Assembly: GCA_041641295.1 (NCBI GenBank)
Contig: JBEPYO010000001.1
Coordinates: forward strand, 768,001-832,000
Reading direction: 5' to 3'
DNA length: 64,000 bases
From: Nitrososphaerota archaeon
GTDB lineage: Archaea > Thermoproteota > Nitrososphaeria_A > Caldarchaeales > Calditenuaceae
Shown: piece by piece, positions 39,194 through 48,195 of the stretch
How the letters are laid out: each line of letters opens with the position of its first letter
Numbering within the stretch: the stretch's first letter is position 1
Translations under genes and position numbers: made by a program
Notes under the pieces: model-generated
Databases searched by the model: none
What the model was told of the DNA's origin: nothing
What the model saw: the letters and a program-made list of their open reading frames with translations, nothing else

Positions 39194-40819
39194 TTAGTCG
39201 AATTCAGGTGTCTCTGACTCCTTCTTACCCTTCTCTTCCTTCTTCTTGGAGGCTGCGACTACGTCGTCTATTCTGAGGATCATTGCGGCTGCCTCGAAGC
39301 TGGACTTTAGCGCCTGTGCCTTGACCTTGTAGGGCTCAATCACTCCGAGGCTTATCATGTCGTCGACCTTCCCGGTGAACACGTTGATTCCATACTTGTA
39401 GCCAGCATCTACGTGTTTGCTTCTCAGCGAGGACATTATATCGACGGGGTCGAGGCCGGCGTTCTCGGCCAACGTCTTGGGTATCGTCTCTAGTGCGTCG
39501 GCGAAGGCCAGCATGGCGAGCTGCTCCTTTCCAGAATACTTCGAGGCGTTCTCCCTGATGTACTGTGCTAGCTCTGTCTCAACCGCGCCTCCACCTGGGA
39601 CGAATCTATTGTCGTCAACGATCGTTATCATGTTCATTAGCGCGTCGTTTAGTGCCCGCTCAGCCTCGTCCAGCTGACGCTCGAGACCCGCCCTCAAGAG
39701 TATTGAGACGGCCTTCGGGTTCTTGCACCCCTCCACGAAGACCATCCTATCTTCGCCTATCTTCCTCTCCTCAACAAGCGCGGCCTCACCCAAGTCCTTC
39801 GGCGAGAGGTCCTCGAAGTTAGTCACAATCCTCCCACCCGTAGCCTTCTCGAGCTTCTCCATGTCGCTTCTCTTAACGCGCCTCACAGCCAGTATCCCAG
39901 CCTTCGCTAGGAAGAACTGGGCGGCGTCATCGATGCCCTTCTGACAGAAGACGACATTCGCGCCCACTTGGACTACCTTGTCAACCATCTCCTTCAGAAT
40001 CCTAGCCTCCTCGTCGAGGAACTCCTTAATCTTGAGCGGGTCCCTGATCCTGATCTCTGCGGAGAACTCAGTCTTCTCGATCTCGAAGGGTGCATCGATT
40101 ATAGCGATCTTGGCGTTGGTAACGCGCTTGGGCATGCCTGGGTGGACAACCTCCTTATCGATGACGACGCCCTTTATGAGCTGGGACTCGACAATGCTCT
40201 TACCCATCTTCTTCACAATCTGTATGTCATCCTTGTCGGCCCTCCGCTTACCATCATACTCCTTGATGACGCTTAGTACAGCGTCTATCGCTAGATTTGC
40301 TACGTGGTCTGTGCCGAAGCCCAGCGACTTGCTCCCGAGACTGGTGTGGACTATCTTTCTCAGTGTCTCCTTGTCTGTCAGATTGACCTCCGTAGCTATC
40401 TCGCCAAGCCTCTTAAGGGCTAGGTCTAGGGCCTTCTTGTATCCGGCGATGATCGTGCTGGGGTGGATCTTCTGCTCTATTAGCTCCTCGGCCTTAGCGA
40501 GCAGTTCCCCGGCTATGAGAACTGCGCTCGTTGTCCCGTCGCCTACAGACTTGTCCTGAGTCTTCGCTACCTCGATAATCATCTTCGCTGCCGGGTGCTC
40601 AACGTCCATCTTCTCGAGGATTGTTGCGCCGTCGTTTGTGACTATGACGTCGCCGATTGTGTCGACGAGTATCTTGTCCATCCCCTTGGGGCCTAGTGTC
40701 GTCTTAACCATCTCTGCGATTATCCTGGCTGCTGTGATGTTGTTTCTCTGGGCTGACCTGCCCCTCGTCCTCGATGTACCCTCCTTAAGGATTAGAACTG
40801 GCTGACCAGCGAGAGCCAT
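39194..40819 (-). CDS. Thermosome (group II chaperonin) subunit
   Basis: [35 protein letters not shown]. Confidence 0.97.
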   Translation of the reverse strand: MALAGQPVLILKEGTSRTRGRSAQRNNITAARIIAEMVKTTLGPKGMDKILVDTIGDVIVTNDGATILEKMDVEHPAAKMIIEVAKTQDKSVGDGTTSAVLIAGELLAKAEELIEQKIHPSTIIAGYKKALDLALKRLGEIATEVNLTDKETLRKIVHTSLGSKSLGFGTDHVANLAIDAVLSVIKEYDGKRRADKDDIQIVKKMGKSIVESQLIKGVVIDKEVVHPGMPKRVTNAKIAIIDAPFEIEKTEFSAEIRIRDPLKIKEFLDEEARILKEMVDKVVQVGANVVFCQKGIDDAAQFFLAKAGILAVRRVKRSDMEKLEKATGGRIVTNFEDLSPKDLGEAALVEERKIGEDRMVFVEGCKNPKAVSILLRAGLERQLDEAERALNDALMNMITIVDDNRFVPGGGAVETELAQYIRENASKYSGKEQLAMLAFADALETIPKTLAENAGLDPVDIMSSLRSKHVDAGYKYGINVFTGKVDDMISLGVIEPYKVKAQALKSSFEAAAMILRIDDVVAASKKKEEKGKKESETPEFD

Positions 40820-41026
40820 AGCTAATACACCAAGCTCTAATGTCTAGCCCCAAGATTTAAATCTAAACCCCCATTCAAGAATCTAATAACTGGGCGTGTC
40901 CATCTAACCGTTAATAGAAAGTAAATACTCGGATTACTACTGCATATATACAGACATGCCCGATCTGTAGAAGGGAGGTTTAAAGTCCAGAGGAATCAGA
41001 AGATAGGAGGCGGTTCCGCAATAATT

Positions 41027-41038
41027 AAGAAAGAAAAA
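41027..41038 (-). terminator. Oligo-U terminator directly after the structured RNA
   Basis: Minus strand TTTTTCTTTCTT 8 nt past the base of the hairpin. Confidence 0.55.
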
Positions 41039-41046
41039 GGTAAGCT

Positions 41047-41212
41047 GGCTGAGGGCCACACCGGTCAGGACAGCATCTAAGAACCCCCATGAGAGGCCGG
41101 CATGTTAAAGTCTTTGTCATGTATGGTAGCTCTCCACCATACATGTTAAAACATGTATCATACCGGCCTAAGGGTTTTTCCCTGCTGTCCTAGGCCAGCA
41201 TGATCCTCAGCC
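41047..41212 (-). ncRNA. Candidate structured guide-like RNA (~166 nt) overlapping the 3' end of the IS110/Tas-like gene
   Basis: Nested helices GGCUGAGG/CCUCAGCC, UCAUGCUGG/CCGGUGUGG, UAGGACAGCA/UGCUGUCCUG, AGGCCGGUAUG/CAUGCCGGCCU, a 13x13 loop and apical CAUGUAUGGU/ACCAUACAUG. Most imperfect pairs are G-U on the minus strand. Confidence 0.7.
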
Positions 41213-42087
41213 TCTAGCGGGGTTCTCGTCAGCACCGTTTCTCTGATTCTCTTAATAACCTGAACTTGGTCCTTTGCCTTGATCGTGCTCGTGCCCTTTA
41301 AGGCTATGGTCAGTCTTTGCAGGGCCTGCCGCGGTAGCCTATAGTATATTTTCAGCCTCCCCTTAGCTGGTTTGAAGAGCCCTACATAGTTGTTTATTTT
41401 TTCGATGCCGCGGTTGAAGTCGACGTAGGTCAGAAGTTCTGCTAGAGCCTCTCTCGCTAGCAGATGGTTCTCACCAGCGATCTCTAGAGCCTCAACAACT
41501 TTATTATAGGTTGGTATTCGTCTACCAGCCTCCTCGACTATCCTGGCAGCCATAGCCGCCATTTGCCTCTCCGTGCACCTTATGGCCTCCCTCAGGATTT
41601 CCCTCTCGACACCCTTGTTCAAAGCCCTCATCCCATTCAACAAGCTTTGATGGTTTCTCAGCAGTACTTGGAATGCGCTGATTAGCCTCCGCATCTCGAG
41701 GAAGTCCTCATCAATCTCCCTGAACCATTTCTTCTCTACCCTCATTAAGGCTCTGAGGTCATTCCTAGCAGTCTTAGATAGTCTAAGCTCCTCTCTTTTC
41801 TGCCTCAACATCGTAAGCCTTCTAAGGTGGTAGACTCGTACGCCCCTTCTCAGCACCTCAACGAACTCGTCTGTGAGTTCTATTGGTATGACATCAACGT
41901 AGAGCTCATCACCGGCCTCCGCTGGAATATCGGCGATCTTAGAAGCCTTGCCGAAGGCCTCACCGTCAACAATGTATACATGATAGTTCTCCTCAGTCTT
42001 ATTCTTACGCCTTTTATTGGCCAGTCTGTGAACATCGACGTAGAACCTTCTAACAGCTCTTCCGGGAATCTGCATTATTTCCATCAT
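41158..42087 (-). CDS. Divergent IS110-family / Tas-like protein (RuvC-like, coiled coil, Nop/Tnp-like)
   Basis: FYVDVH, LYVD and SKTARNDLRAL align with the IS110 DEDD motifs (GxD, E, KTDxxDA). Helical coiled-coil centre; ALAELL...NYVGL resembles the IS110 C-terminal AYAGL, but no SG motif follows. Confidence 0.6.
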   Translation of the reverse strand: MMEIMQIPGRAVRRFYVDVHRLANKRRKNKTEENYHVYIVDGEAFGKASKIADIPAEAGDELYVDVIPIELTDEFVEVLRRGVRVYHLRRLTMLRQKREELRLSKTARNDLRALMRVEKKWFREIDEDFLEMRRLISAFQVLLRNHQSLLNGMRALNKGVEREILREAIRCTERQMAAMAARIVEEAGRRIPTYNKVVEALEIAGENHLLAREALAELLTYVDFNRGIEKINNYVGLFKPAKGRLKIYYRLPRQALQRLTIALKGTSTIKAKDQVQVIKRIRETVLTRTPLEAEDHAGLGQQGKTLRPV

Positions 42088-42213
42088 CTATTCATCTCCC
42101 CCGCTATCAACATAGTAACACACCATGTTGTCAGGAAGTAGTCGAGAAAAGTCTGGTCAAGGGTTAGCTGTATGCCAGCCCAAGCCATACTAGCAGCAGA
42201 GTGGGAATTGAGG

Positions 42214-42227
42214 TTATATAGTCTTTT
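42214..42227 (-). promoter_or_regulatory. BRE/TATA promoter for the IS110/Tas-like gene
   Basis: Minus strand AAAAGACTATATAA about 130 nt upstream of the start codon. Confidence 0.5.
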
Positions 42228-42946
42228 AGACCCCTCAGTGAAAGTAACAACTCCTGTTTCTAGCTTTCGCAATCTTTCTAGACTTCACCATGGCCTTGAG
42301 CAGTTAGTAGTATAAGGGTGATGTCTTAGGTAGAGAGGATACTATCGTTGATAAGGAGTCCAGTATTACAGATGAGAGTGATGTTAAGGGTGTGAGGACG
42401 ATTAAGAGGGGCTTGAGGGTGTTTAAGAGGCCCCAGAGCTGAGATATGAGATAACAGCCGAGTAACAGCCAGCATTAAGACGCTCAAACAGTTGTTTAAT
42501 CGGGACTGTGATAAGGTTGAGGTGATTATATCCCTAACCGTCTATCGATAAGGCCGGGCATGATGACGGGTTCATAAAAGCATCCATACAGGATACAACG
42601 AATACGGGGACATACTGTATATGCTTATAAAGACTTTATCAGACAAGGTGACTGCAAGGGTAGGCTGTGTAAGCGTCATAGAGCCCAGAAGCCGTATGAG
42701 TGGCTCATAGAAACAGCGGCTTATTCAGAGATAGGGGAGATGGGTCATATTTTGGCGCCCAGACTACATGATAACAGCTGGTAAGAGCCTTAAATAAAAC
42801 AAGTTTTTCTTCTGTATTTTGTCCTTATCTCCCAGTTATTCTCGGCCAGCACCTCCGAGAAGAATTCTCCGCATAACACCTCACCTCTGTCTGTTAGGAC
42901 GCCCATAGGAAATTAAAGTTTAAACATTTGCTATTTTCCAGCAACT

Positions 42947-43801
42947 TTGGATATGGTGCTACTGGGTGCTCATGTCTCGATTTCTGGCTCGATTGCGCTT
43001 TCGGTAGATAGGGCGAGGGAGCTGGGCTGCACGACCTTCCAGATATTCACTAGGAATCCTCGGGGGTGGATTTCTAAGAGGTTGAAGGATGAGGAGATTG
43101 AGGAGTTTGTGCGGAAGAGGAGAGAGGCGGGGTATGAGGTTGTGGTTGCGCACATGCCATATCTCCCCAACATAGCTAGCCCCGAGGCCCTGAGCTGGAG
43201 GCGGTCTGTGAAAAGCCTCGCCGAGGAGCTTCAAAGGTGCGAGATGCTGGGGCTCGACTACCTCGTATGTCATATTGGAAGCCACATGGGTAAGGGTCTT
43301 GAGAAGGGCATCTCACAGGTCGCCAGAGCCGTCAATGAGACAATATCAAAAGTAGAGGCCAAGTGTATGATTCTCTTGGAGAATATGGCTGGCCAGAAGA
43401 ATAGTGTGGGGTCCTATTTCCCACAGATAAGAGCTATCCTCGACAAGGTTGATGATGAGAAGCGGGTGGGTGTGTGTCTCGACACCTGCCACCTATACGC
43501 CGCCGGCTACGACATAGCGGTTGAGGAGGGCCTTGAGAAGACGCTCTCGGATTTCGATGAGAATGTAGGGCTTAAGACGCTTAAGGTCCTACATCTCAAC
43601 GATTCGCGGGGGAAGCTTGGAAGCCATCTGGACAGGCATGAGCACATCGGCCGGGGATATATCGGCGAGGAGGGATTCCGCATCATAGTCAACCACAAGA
43701 GTCTGAGGAACCTGCCCATGATCTTGGAGACTCCTCAGGACGAGTATGGCGGATATGAGGTGGACTTGGAGGTGGTTAGGAGGCTGCTACGTCATGCCTA
43801 G
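42947..43801 (+). CDS. nfo: Endonuclease IV (AP endonuclease)
   Basis: LGAHVSISG, FQIF..NPRGW, HMPYL.N, LLENMAGQ, CLDTCHLYAAGYD, HLNDS, DRHEHIG.G.IG, ILETP. Confidence 0.95.
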   Translation: MDMVLLGAHVSISGSIALSVDRARELGCTTFQIFTRNPRGWISKRLKDEEIEEFVRKRREAGYEVVVAHMPYLPNIASPEALSWRRSVKSLAEELQRCEMLGLDYLVCHIGSHMGKGLEKGISQVARAVNETISKVEAKCMILLENMAGQKNSVGSYFPQIRAILDKVDDEKRVGVCLDTCHLYAAGYDIAVEEGLEKTLSDFDENVGLKTLKVLHLNDSRGKLGSHLDRHEHIGRGYIGEEGFRIIVNHKSLRNLPMILETPQDEYGGYEVDLEVVRRLLRHA

Positions 43802-44333
43802 CGGGCTGCGCAGGACAGTGTATGCAGTTATCAGGATTGGAACCTCTAAGCTGGCCATGAAGTTTGTCCTGGTGGGTGTTGCGTGCCTCGCGCTGGCTGA
43901 GGCAATTCTTTACCTGCTTGTCGATGTTTGGGGGGTTAACTCGCTTGTCGCAGGCGCGGCCTCCATCGAGATCTCAGTGGTAGCCAACTTCATGATCAAT
44001 GATGCGTGGACTTTTAGGGAGAATAGGTCCTCGGATGGATTCTTTGCGAGGATGCTGAAGTTCCATGTAACGCGTGTCGCGAGCATTGCGGTGAACTTCG
44101 GCATTTACAGCATGTTGGTGGCCTTGCTGGGCGTCAACCACTTGGTCGCATACTTTGTAGCGACTTTCGTGGCCTTCTCCATTAACTTTCTGACAAGTGT
44201 TGTCTGGGTCTGGCGCGGCACACTAGATAGCTATACGGGGACGCCTCAGGGGAAGGCCGCCTTCTCAACCAGCAGCACGTCGGACTCGCTGAACCCTAGG
44301 ACCCTCAGGCCGCGGAGCATGAGGGCCAAGTAG
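43794..44333 (+). CDS. GtrA-family membrane protein (lipid-linked sugar flippase-like)
   Basis: KFVLVG, NFMINDAWTF, four TM helices, NF.....VW. ATG at 43794 overlaps nfo. Confidence 0.85.
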   Translation: MPSGLRRTVYAVIRIGTSKLAMKFVLVGVACLALAEAILYLLVDVWGVNSLVAGAASIEISVVANFMINDAWTFRENRSSDGFFARMLKFHVTRVASIAVNFGIYSMLVALLGVNHLVAYFVATFVAFSINFLTSVVWVWRGTLDSYTGTPQGKAAFSTSSTSDSLNPRTLRPRSMRAK

Positions 44334-44689
44334 GCGCGGGAGGGGGCCACGTGTTTTCTCGGGTTTGCTGAGATGTAGGTGTACGCCTCCTCAGCCCCCG
44401 TGTCTGTCTTGGCGATGATCTTTATGCGGCTCCTGATGTTTGGGGCTCCCTGATACCTGTCGAGGATTGGGAAGTCCTCGCTCTCTATTGTGTAGAGGGC
44501 GCCTATGACTTGGCTGTTGCTGGACTCCTCTATCCCCGCAATCCCGCCCCTCCAAGCCGCAGAGTATGTGTCGAATGTGAGCCTGTATCCCTCCAGCCTC
44601 GCCTTCCTAGGTCCCTGCCACCTAGACAGTATCCTCCTCATCACCTCTGGGTTTAGTGTTACGTCGTAGGCGAAGTAGTTGACCAGCAT
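44246..44689 (-). CDS. Gamma-glutamylcyclotransferase / AIG2-like protein
   Basis: YFAY...LN, ARLEGYRLTF, GALY, LDRYQG, PSRAYL. Confidence 0.8.
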   Translation of the reverse strand: MLVNYFAYDVTLNPEVMRRILSRWQGPRKARLEGYRLTFDTYSAAWRGGIAGIEESSNSQVIGALYTIESEDFPILDRYQGAPNIRSRIKIIAKTDTGAEEAYTYISANPRKHVAPSRAYLALMLRGLRVLGFSESDVLLVEKAAFP

Positions 44690-44745
44690 GCGTGTCCCCT
44701 GCCAGGGAGTGGTGCAGGGTTTTATTTGAGGAGTTTCCACACTGG

Positions 44746-45687
44746 ATGTTTGGTGTGGCTGTAAGGGTTTTTGCGCCTGCGAGGCTCCACATGGGGTTCG
44801 CCTCTACGGGATGGTTGATGGCTCCTTGGTCTGGGATAGGCTTGGCGGTGGTGGAGCCGGCGACGGTTGTCGAGGCCGAGCTTGCGGATGGCCAGGGCGT
44901 TAGGGTGTATGGGCCAAGGAACGACGAGGCAGGAGAAGTGGCCAGGCTTGTTGCCGGGAGGCTTGGATTGGATGGGGGCGTTATTGTACGTGTTCTCGAG
45001 GCGCCTCCAAGCCATGTGGGTCTGGGGTCTGGGACGCAGCTCTACCTCTCGGTGCTCGAGGCTGTCTCGAGGCTAGCTGGTGTTGAGCCGCCTCTGGAGG
45101 TTCTCGTGGAGGCAGGCCTCGTCGGCTCCTTCTCGTGGGTTGGCGTGGCGGCCTTCAGGACGGGGGGGTTCATCCTCGACCTGGGCGAAGCGGCCTCGAG
45201 GATGAGGCGGTATGTCTCGCTCAGGTTTCCGGAGGACTGGTTTGTGGTTCATGCGAGGCCGCCGGGGAGGCAGGGGCATCCGAGAAGAGGCGAGGCAGAG
45301 AAGCTCAGAGGCCTGAAATATAGCGTGGAGACTGAGCAGAGGCTCGTCGAGCTCCTAATGAAAAAGATACTCCCCGGAGTCTTAGACCACGACCTAGAGC
45401 TCTTCGGGCGCGGCCTCTCCGAGTATCAGAGGCTTGTGGGCTCCGCCTTCAGCACATACCAGCAAGGAGTCTTCAACCCCGACTCTGCACCCATCGTCTC
45501 GGCCATGGAGGAGGCGGGACTGCTGGGGGTTGGCCAGTCCAGCTGGGGGCCGACGGTCTACGGGTTCACTGAGTCGCGGAGGGTGGCTGAGGAGGCGGCT
45601 CGGCTCCTAGCCCAGGAGAGGGGCTGGACCGTAACAGTAACCGTGGCCAACAACTCTGGAGCTAGGGTCGTCGAGAATTCCGCCTAG
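44746..45687 (+). CDS. Beta-ribofuranosylaminobenzene 5'-phosphate synthase family (GHMP fold)
   Basis: APARLHMG, SHVGLGSGTQL, AF..GGFILD.G, GQSSWGPTVY, NNSGA. Confidence 0.82.
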   Translation: MFGVAVRVFAPARLHMGFASTGWLMAPWSGIGLAVVEPATVVEAELADGQGVRVYGPRNDEAGEVARLVAGRLGLDGGVIVRVLEAPPSHVGLGSGTQLYLSVLEAVSRLAGVEPPLEVLVEAGLVGSFSWVGVAAFRTGGFILDLGEAASRMRRYVSLRFPEDWFVVHARPPGRQGHPRRGEAEKLRGLKYSVETEQRLVELLMKKILPGVLDHDLELFGRGLSEYQRLVGSAFSTYQQGVFNPDSAPIVSAMEEAGLLGVGQSSWGPTVYGFTESRRVAEEAARLLAQERGWTVTVTVANNSGARVVENSA

Positions 45688-45751
45688 AGACCGGGATAAT
45701 CCCACCCTAGCCTCTGTGGGCAATAGGCTTTAAACCGCAGCTGCAGTTTTA

Positions 45752-47548
45752 GTGGCGGGGAGGGGGGCGGGTTTGGACTTCTCGCGCCTAGTCAGCTTCT
45801 ACGAGAGGCTCGAGTCCACGACCAAGCGGCTTGAGATGCGGGATATTCTCGTGGAGCTTTTCAGGGAGTGTGACCCGGACGAGGCTGGGAAGATAGCCTA
45901 TCTCACGCTCGGCGAACTCTACCCCGCCCACGTGGGCATCGAGCTCGGCATGGCTGAGAAGCTGGCAATAAGGGCGCTGAAGCTCGTGACAGGCGTGGAT
46001 GAGCAGAGGATTGAGGAGATGCTTAGGAAGACTGGGGACCTTGGGCTTGTGGCGGAGCAGCTGCTCTCCTCAAGGAAGGCGCAGACCACGCTTAGCCTAG
46101 AGGAGCTGACAGTGGAGAGGGTCTACAGCCAGCTGGAGAAAATAGCACGGTTCTCGGGTGAGGGTGCGATGGAGATGAAGGTTAAGGCCCTCTCGGGGCT
46201 CTTGGCACAGGCCTCGCCCAAGGAGGCCAAATACCTCATCAGGCTGGTTACGGGGAAGATGAGGCTCGGGGTCGCCGACATGACTATCATAGACGCACTT
46301 GCATCGATGAGCGGTGGTGGGAAGGAGGAGATCGAGCGCGCCTACAACCTCTGCTCAGACATAGGGCTGGTCGCCTCGAAGGTGAAGGCTGAGGGCGTTA
46401 AGGGCGCGAGCAGTATTGGCATGAGGCTCGGCGTCCCTGTGAGGCCCATGCTGGCTGAGAGGCTCACATCCGCCGAGGAGATATTGGAGAAGCTAGGCAA
46501 CAAGGGCTACGCAGAGTACAAGTACGATGGGGAGAGGATGCAGATACACAAGATCGACTCTGAGATAGTCATCTTCTCTAGGAGGCAGGAGAACATTACC
46601 TCGCAGTTCCCAGACGTGGTGGAGATGTGTAGGCGTGGAATCAAGGCCCGCACTGCGATAGTCGAGTGTGAGGCTGTAGCCTACGACCCGGACACAGGCG
46701 ACATGCTCCCCTTCCAAGAACTGATGCATAGGAGGAGGAAATATGACATCGAGAAGGCGGCCCAGCTCTACCCTGTCAGCCTCTTCTTCTTCGACGCCCT
46801 CTACATCGACGGCGAGCCACTCATCGACCTGCCACTCATGGAGCGGAGGGAGAGGCTTGCAAGAATACTGGAGCCCTCAGACAACTTCATGCTAACCGAG
46901 GGAATCATGGTCTCAGACCCTGAGACACTGGACAAGTTCATGCTTAGGGCTGTGGAGGCCGGGTGCGAGGGCGTCATGGTCAAAGACGTCTCACCCAAAT
47001 CGATCTACAGAGCCGGGGCGAGGGGCTGGCTCTGGATAAAATACAAGCGGAGCTATGTCTCGAAGCTCACAGACACGCTTGACTTGGTCGTGGTCGGCGC
47101 CTTCTACGGAAAGGGGAAGAGGAGCGGCCGTATAGGCACGCTACTGATGGCGGCATACGACGACGAGGCCGACGTCTTCAAGACCGTCTGCAAGGTCGGG
47201 ACAGGATTCAAGGACGAGGACCTGGAACACCTGACAAGGACCCTCACACCCTTGGCCCTGAGCCAAAAGCCGGCCCGCGTAGAGTCTATAATGGAGCCCG
47301 ACATTTGGGTGAGGCCCGAGATGGTGCTCGAGATTGTCGGGGACGAGATCACCCTCAGCCCAATACACACCTGCGGCTGGGGTGTGCTTGCGAAGGACGC
47401 CGGCCTCGCAGTCAGATTCCCCAGGTTCACTGGGAGGTATAGGGATGACAAGTCTCCAGAGGACGCCACGACCGTCAAGGAGATAATAGAAATGTACAAG
47501 TCCCAGCTCAAGACCATAGTTAGTGGAGAGGAGAGTGAGCCTACCTGA
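45752..47548 (+). CDS. lig: ATP-dependent DNA ligase
   Basis: PMLA, EYKYDGERMQIH, EGVMVK, WIKYK, DLVVVGA, VRFPRF, DKSPEDATT. Confidence 0.97.
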   Translation: MAGRGAGLDFSRLVSFYERLESTTKRLEMRDILVELFRECDPDEAGKIAYLTLGELYPAHVGIELGMAEKLAIRALKLVTGVDEQRIEEMLRKTGDLGLVAEQLLSSRKAQTTLSLEELTVERVYSQLEKIARFSGEGAMEMKVKALSGLLAQASPKEAKYLIRLVTGKMRLGVADMTIIDALASMSGGGKEEIERAYNLCSDIGLVASKVKAEGVKGASSIGMRLGVPVRPMLAERLTSAEEILEKLGNKGYAEYKYDGERMQIHKIDSEIVIFSRRQENITSQFPDVVEMCRRGIKARTAIVECEAVAYDPDTGDMLPFQELMHRRRKYDIEKAAQLYPVSLFFFDALYIDGEPLIDLPLMERRERLARILEPSDNFMLTEGIMVSDPETLDKFMLRAVEAGCEGVMVKDVSPKSIYRAGARGWLWIKYKRSYVSKLTDTLDLVVVGAFYGKGKRSGRIGTLLMAAYDDEADVFKTVCKVGTGFKDEDLEHLTRTLTPLALSQKPARVESIMEPDIWVRPEMVLEIVGDEITLSPIHTCGWGVLAKDAGLAVRFPRFTGRYRDDKSPEDATTVKEIIEMYKSQLKTIVSGEESEPT

Positions 47549-48111
47549 GTAGCGAGGAGCAGCAGGAGAGGACACGGCAGCTAGCCGAGCTTAAGGCATG
47601 GATTGAGCGAAGAATAATCGAGCTAAACCAAGAGCTCGACATGCTCAAGAGGATGGGAAGCTATGTGGACGAGCTTTTGACAGAGCTGAGCTTCAGGAAG
47701 GCGGACACGCTGGCCAAGACCCTGGAGCAGCCTTCGCCGACACCCCAGCCGACCCAAGCCGAGAAGCCCATGATACGCTCAATAAGGAGCAGGACAGGAG
47801 CCAACCTCGCGACCGTAAGCTACACAAGGGACGAGGTCAGGTTCCAGCTAAGCCCCGGAGTGGAGCTCAGAGGCGACGATAAGCCCTTCACATCATTCCT
47901 CCTCAGAAAGGTGCTTGACCAGATGGTTGAGGCGGATAGGAGGAGGGCAGAGGCAGGCGAGATCGACCCGGAGAAAGTCCTGAGCTACGAGATAGTCTAC
48001 GACGGCGACAGGGTCAAGGAGATTCTCGTGAGGAATTATAGGGAGGATTCTAGGCTGAGGGAGCTGATAAGCTCGGTCAGATGGACCCTCGAAACCGTAT
48101 CAGCCAAGTAG
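47545..48111 (+). CDS. Hypothetical coiled-coil protein; probable CTG start overlapping the ligase stop
   Basis: Frame is open 32 codons upstream of ATG 47641 back to CTG 47545 (CTGA overlap), with an in-frame stop at 47536. Confidence 0.7.
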   Translation: MSSEEQQERTRQLAELKAWIERRIIELNQELDMLKRMGSYVDELLTELSFRKADTLAKTLEQPSPTPQPTQAEKPMIRSIRSRTGANLATVSYTRDEVRFQLSPGVELRGDDKPFTSFLLRKVLDQMVEADRRRAEAGEIDPEKVLSYEIVYDGDRVKEILVRNYREDSRLRELISSVRWTLETVSAK

Positions 48112-48195
48112 TATAACACCCTCATAATACCTGCCGCCACCAAGGATAACACTTATCAGAGCCCCACCACATATCGCTGGGTCAGAGCGCGGCAA

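Noticed and set aside
40946-40962. ATACAGACATGCCC as a possible target or end of the IS110-like element
   Set aside because: Only 9 of 14 positions match the predicted site and neither half is exact.
41101-41161. Mini-CRISPR interpretation of the two 20-nt units
   Set aside because: Only two units, a 7-nt variable part and no cas genes. Treated as a guide-like RNA loop instead.
42559-42625. ATGATGA box C suggesting a C/D sRNA
   Set aside because: No CTGA box D at suitable spacing.
44246-44333. 88-bp convergent overlap of the GtrA and cyclotransferase genes
   Set aside because: The GtrA tail lies beyond the domain and is most simply stop-codon read-through into the neighbour.
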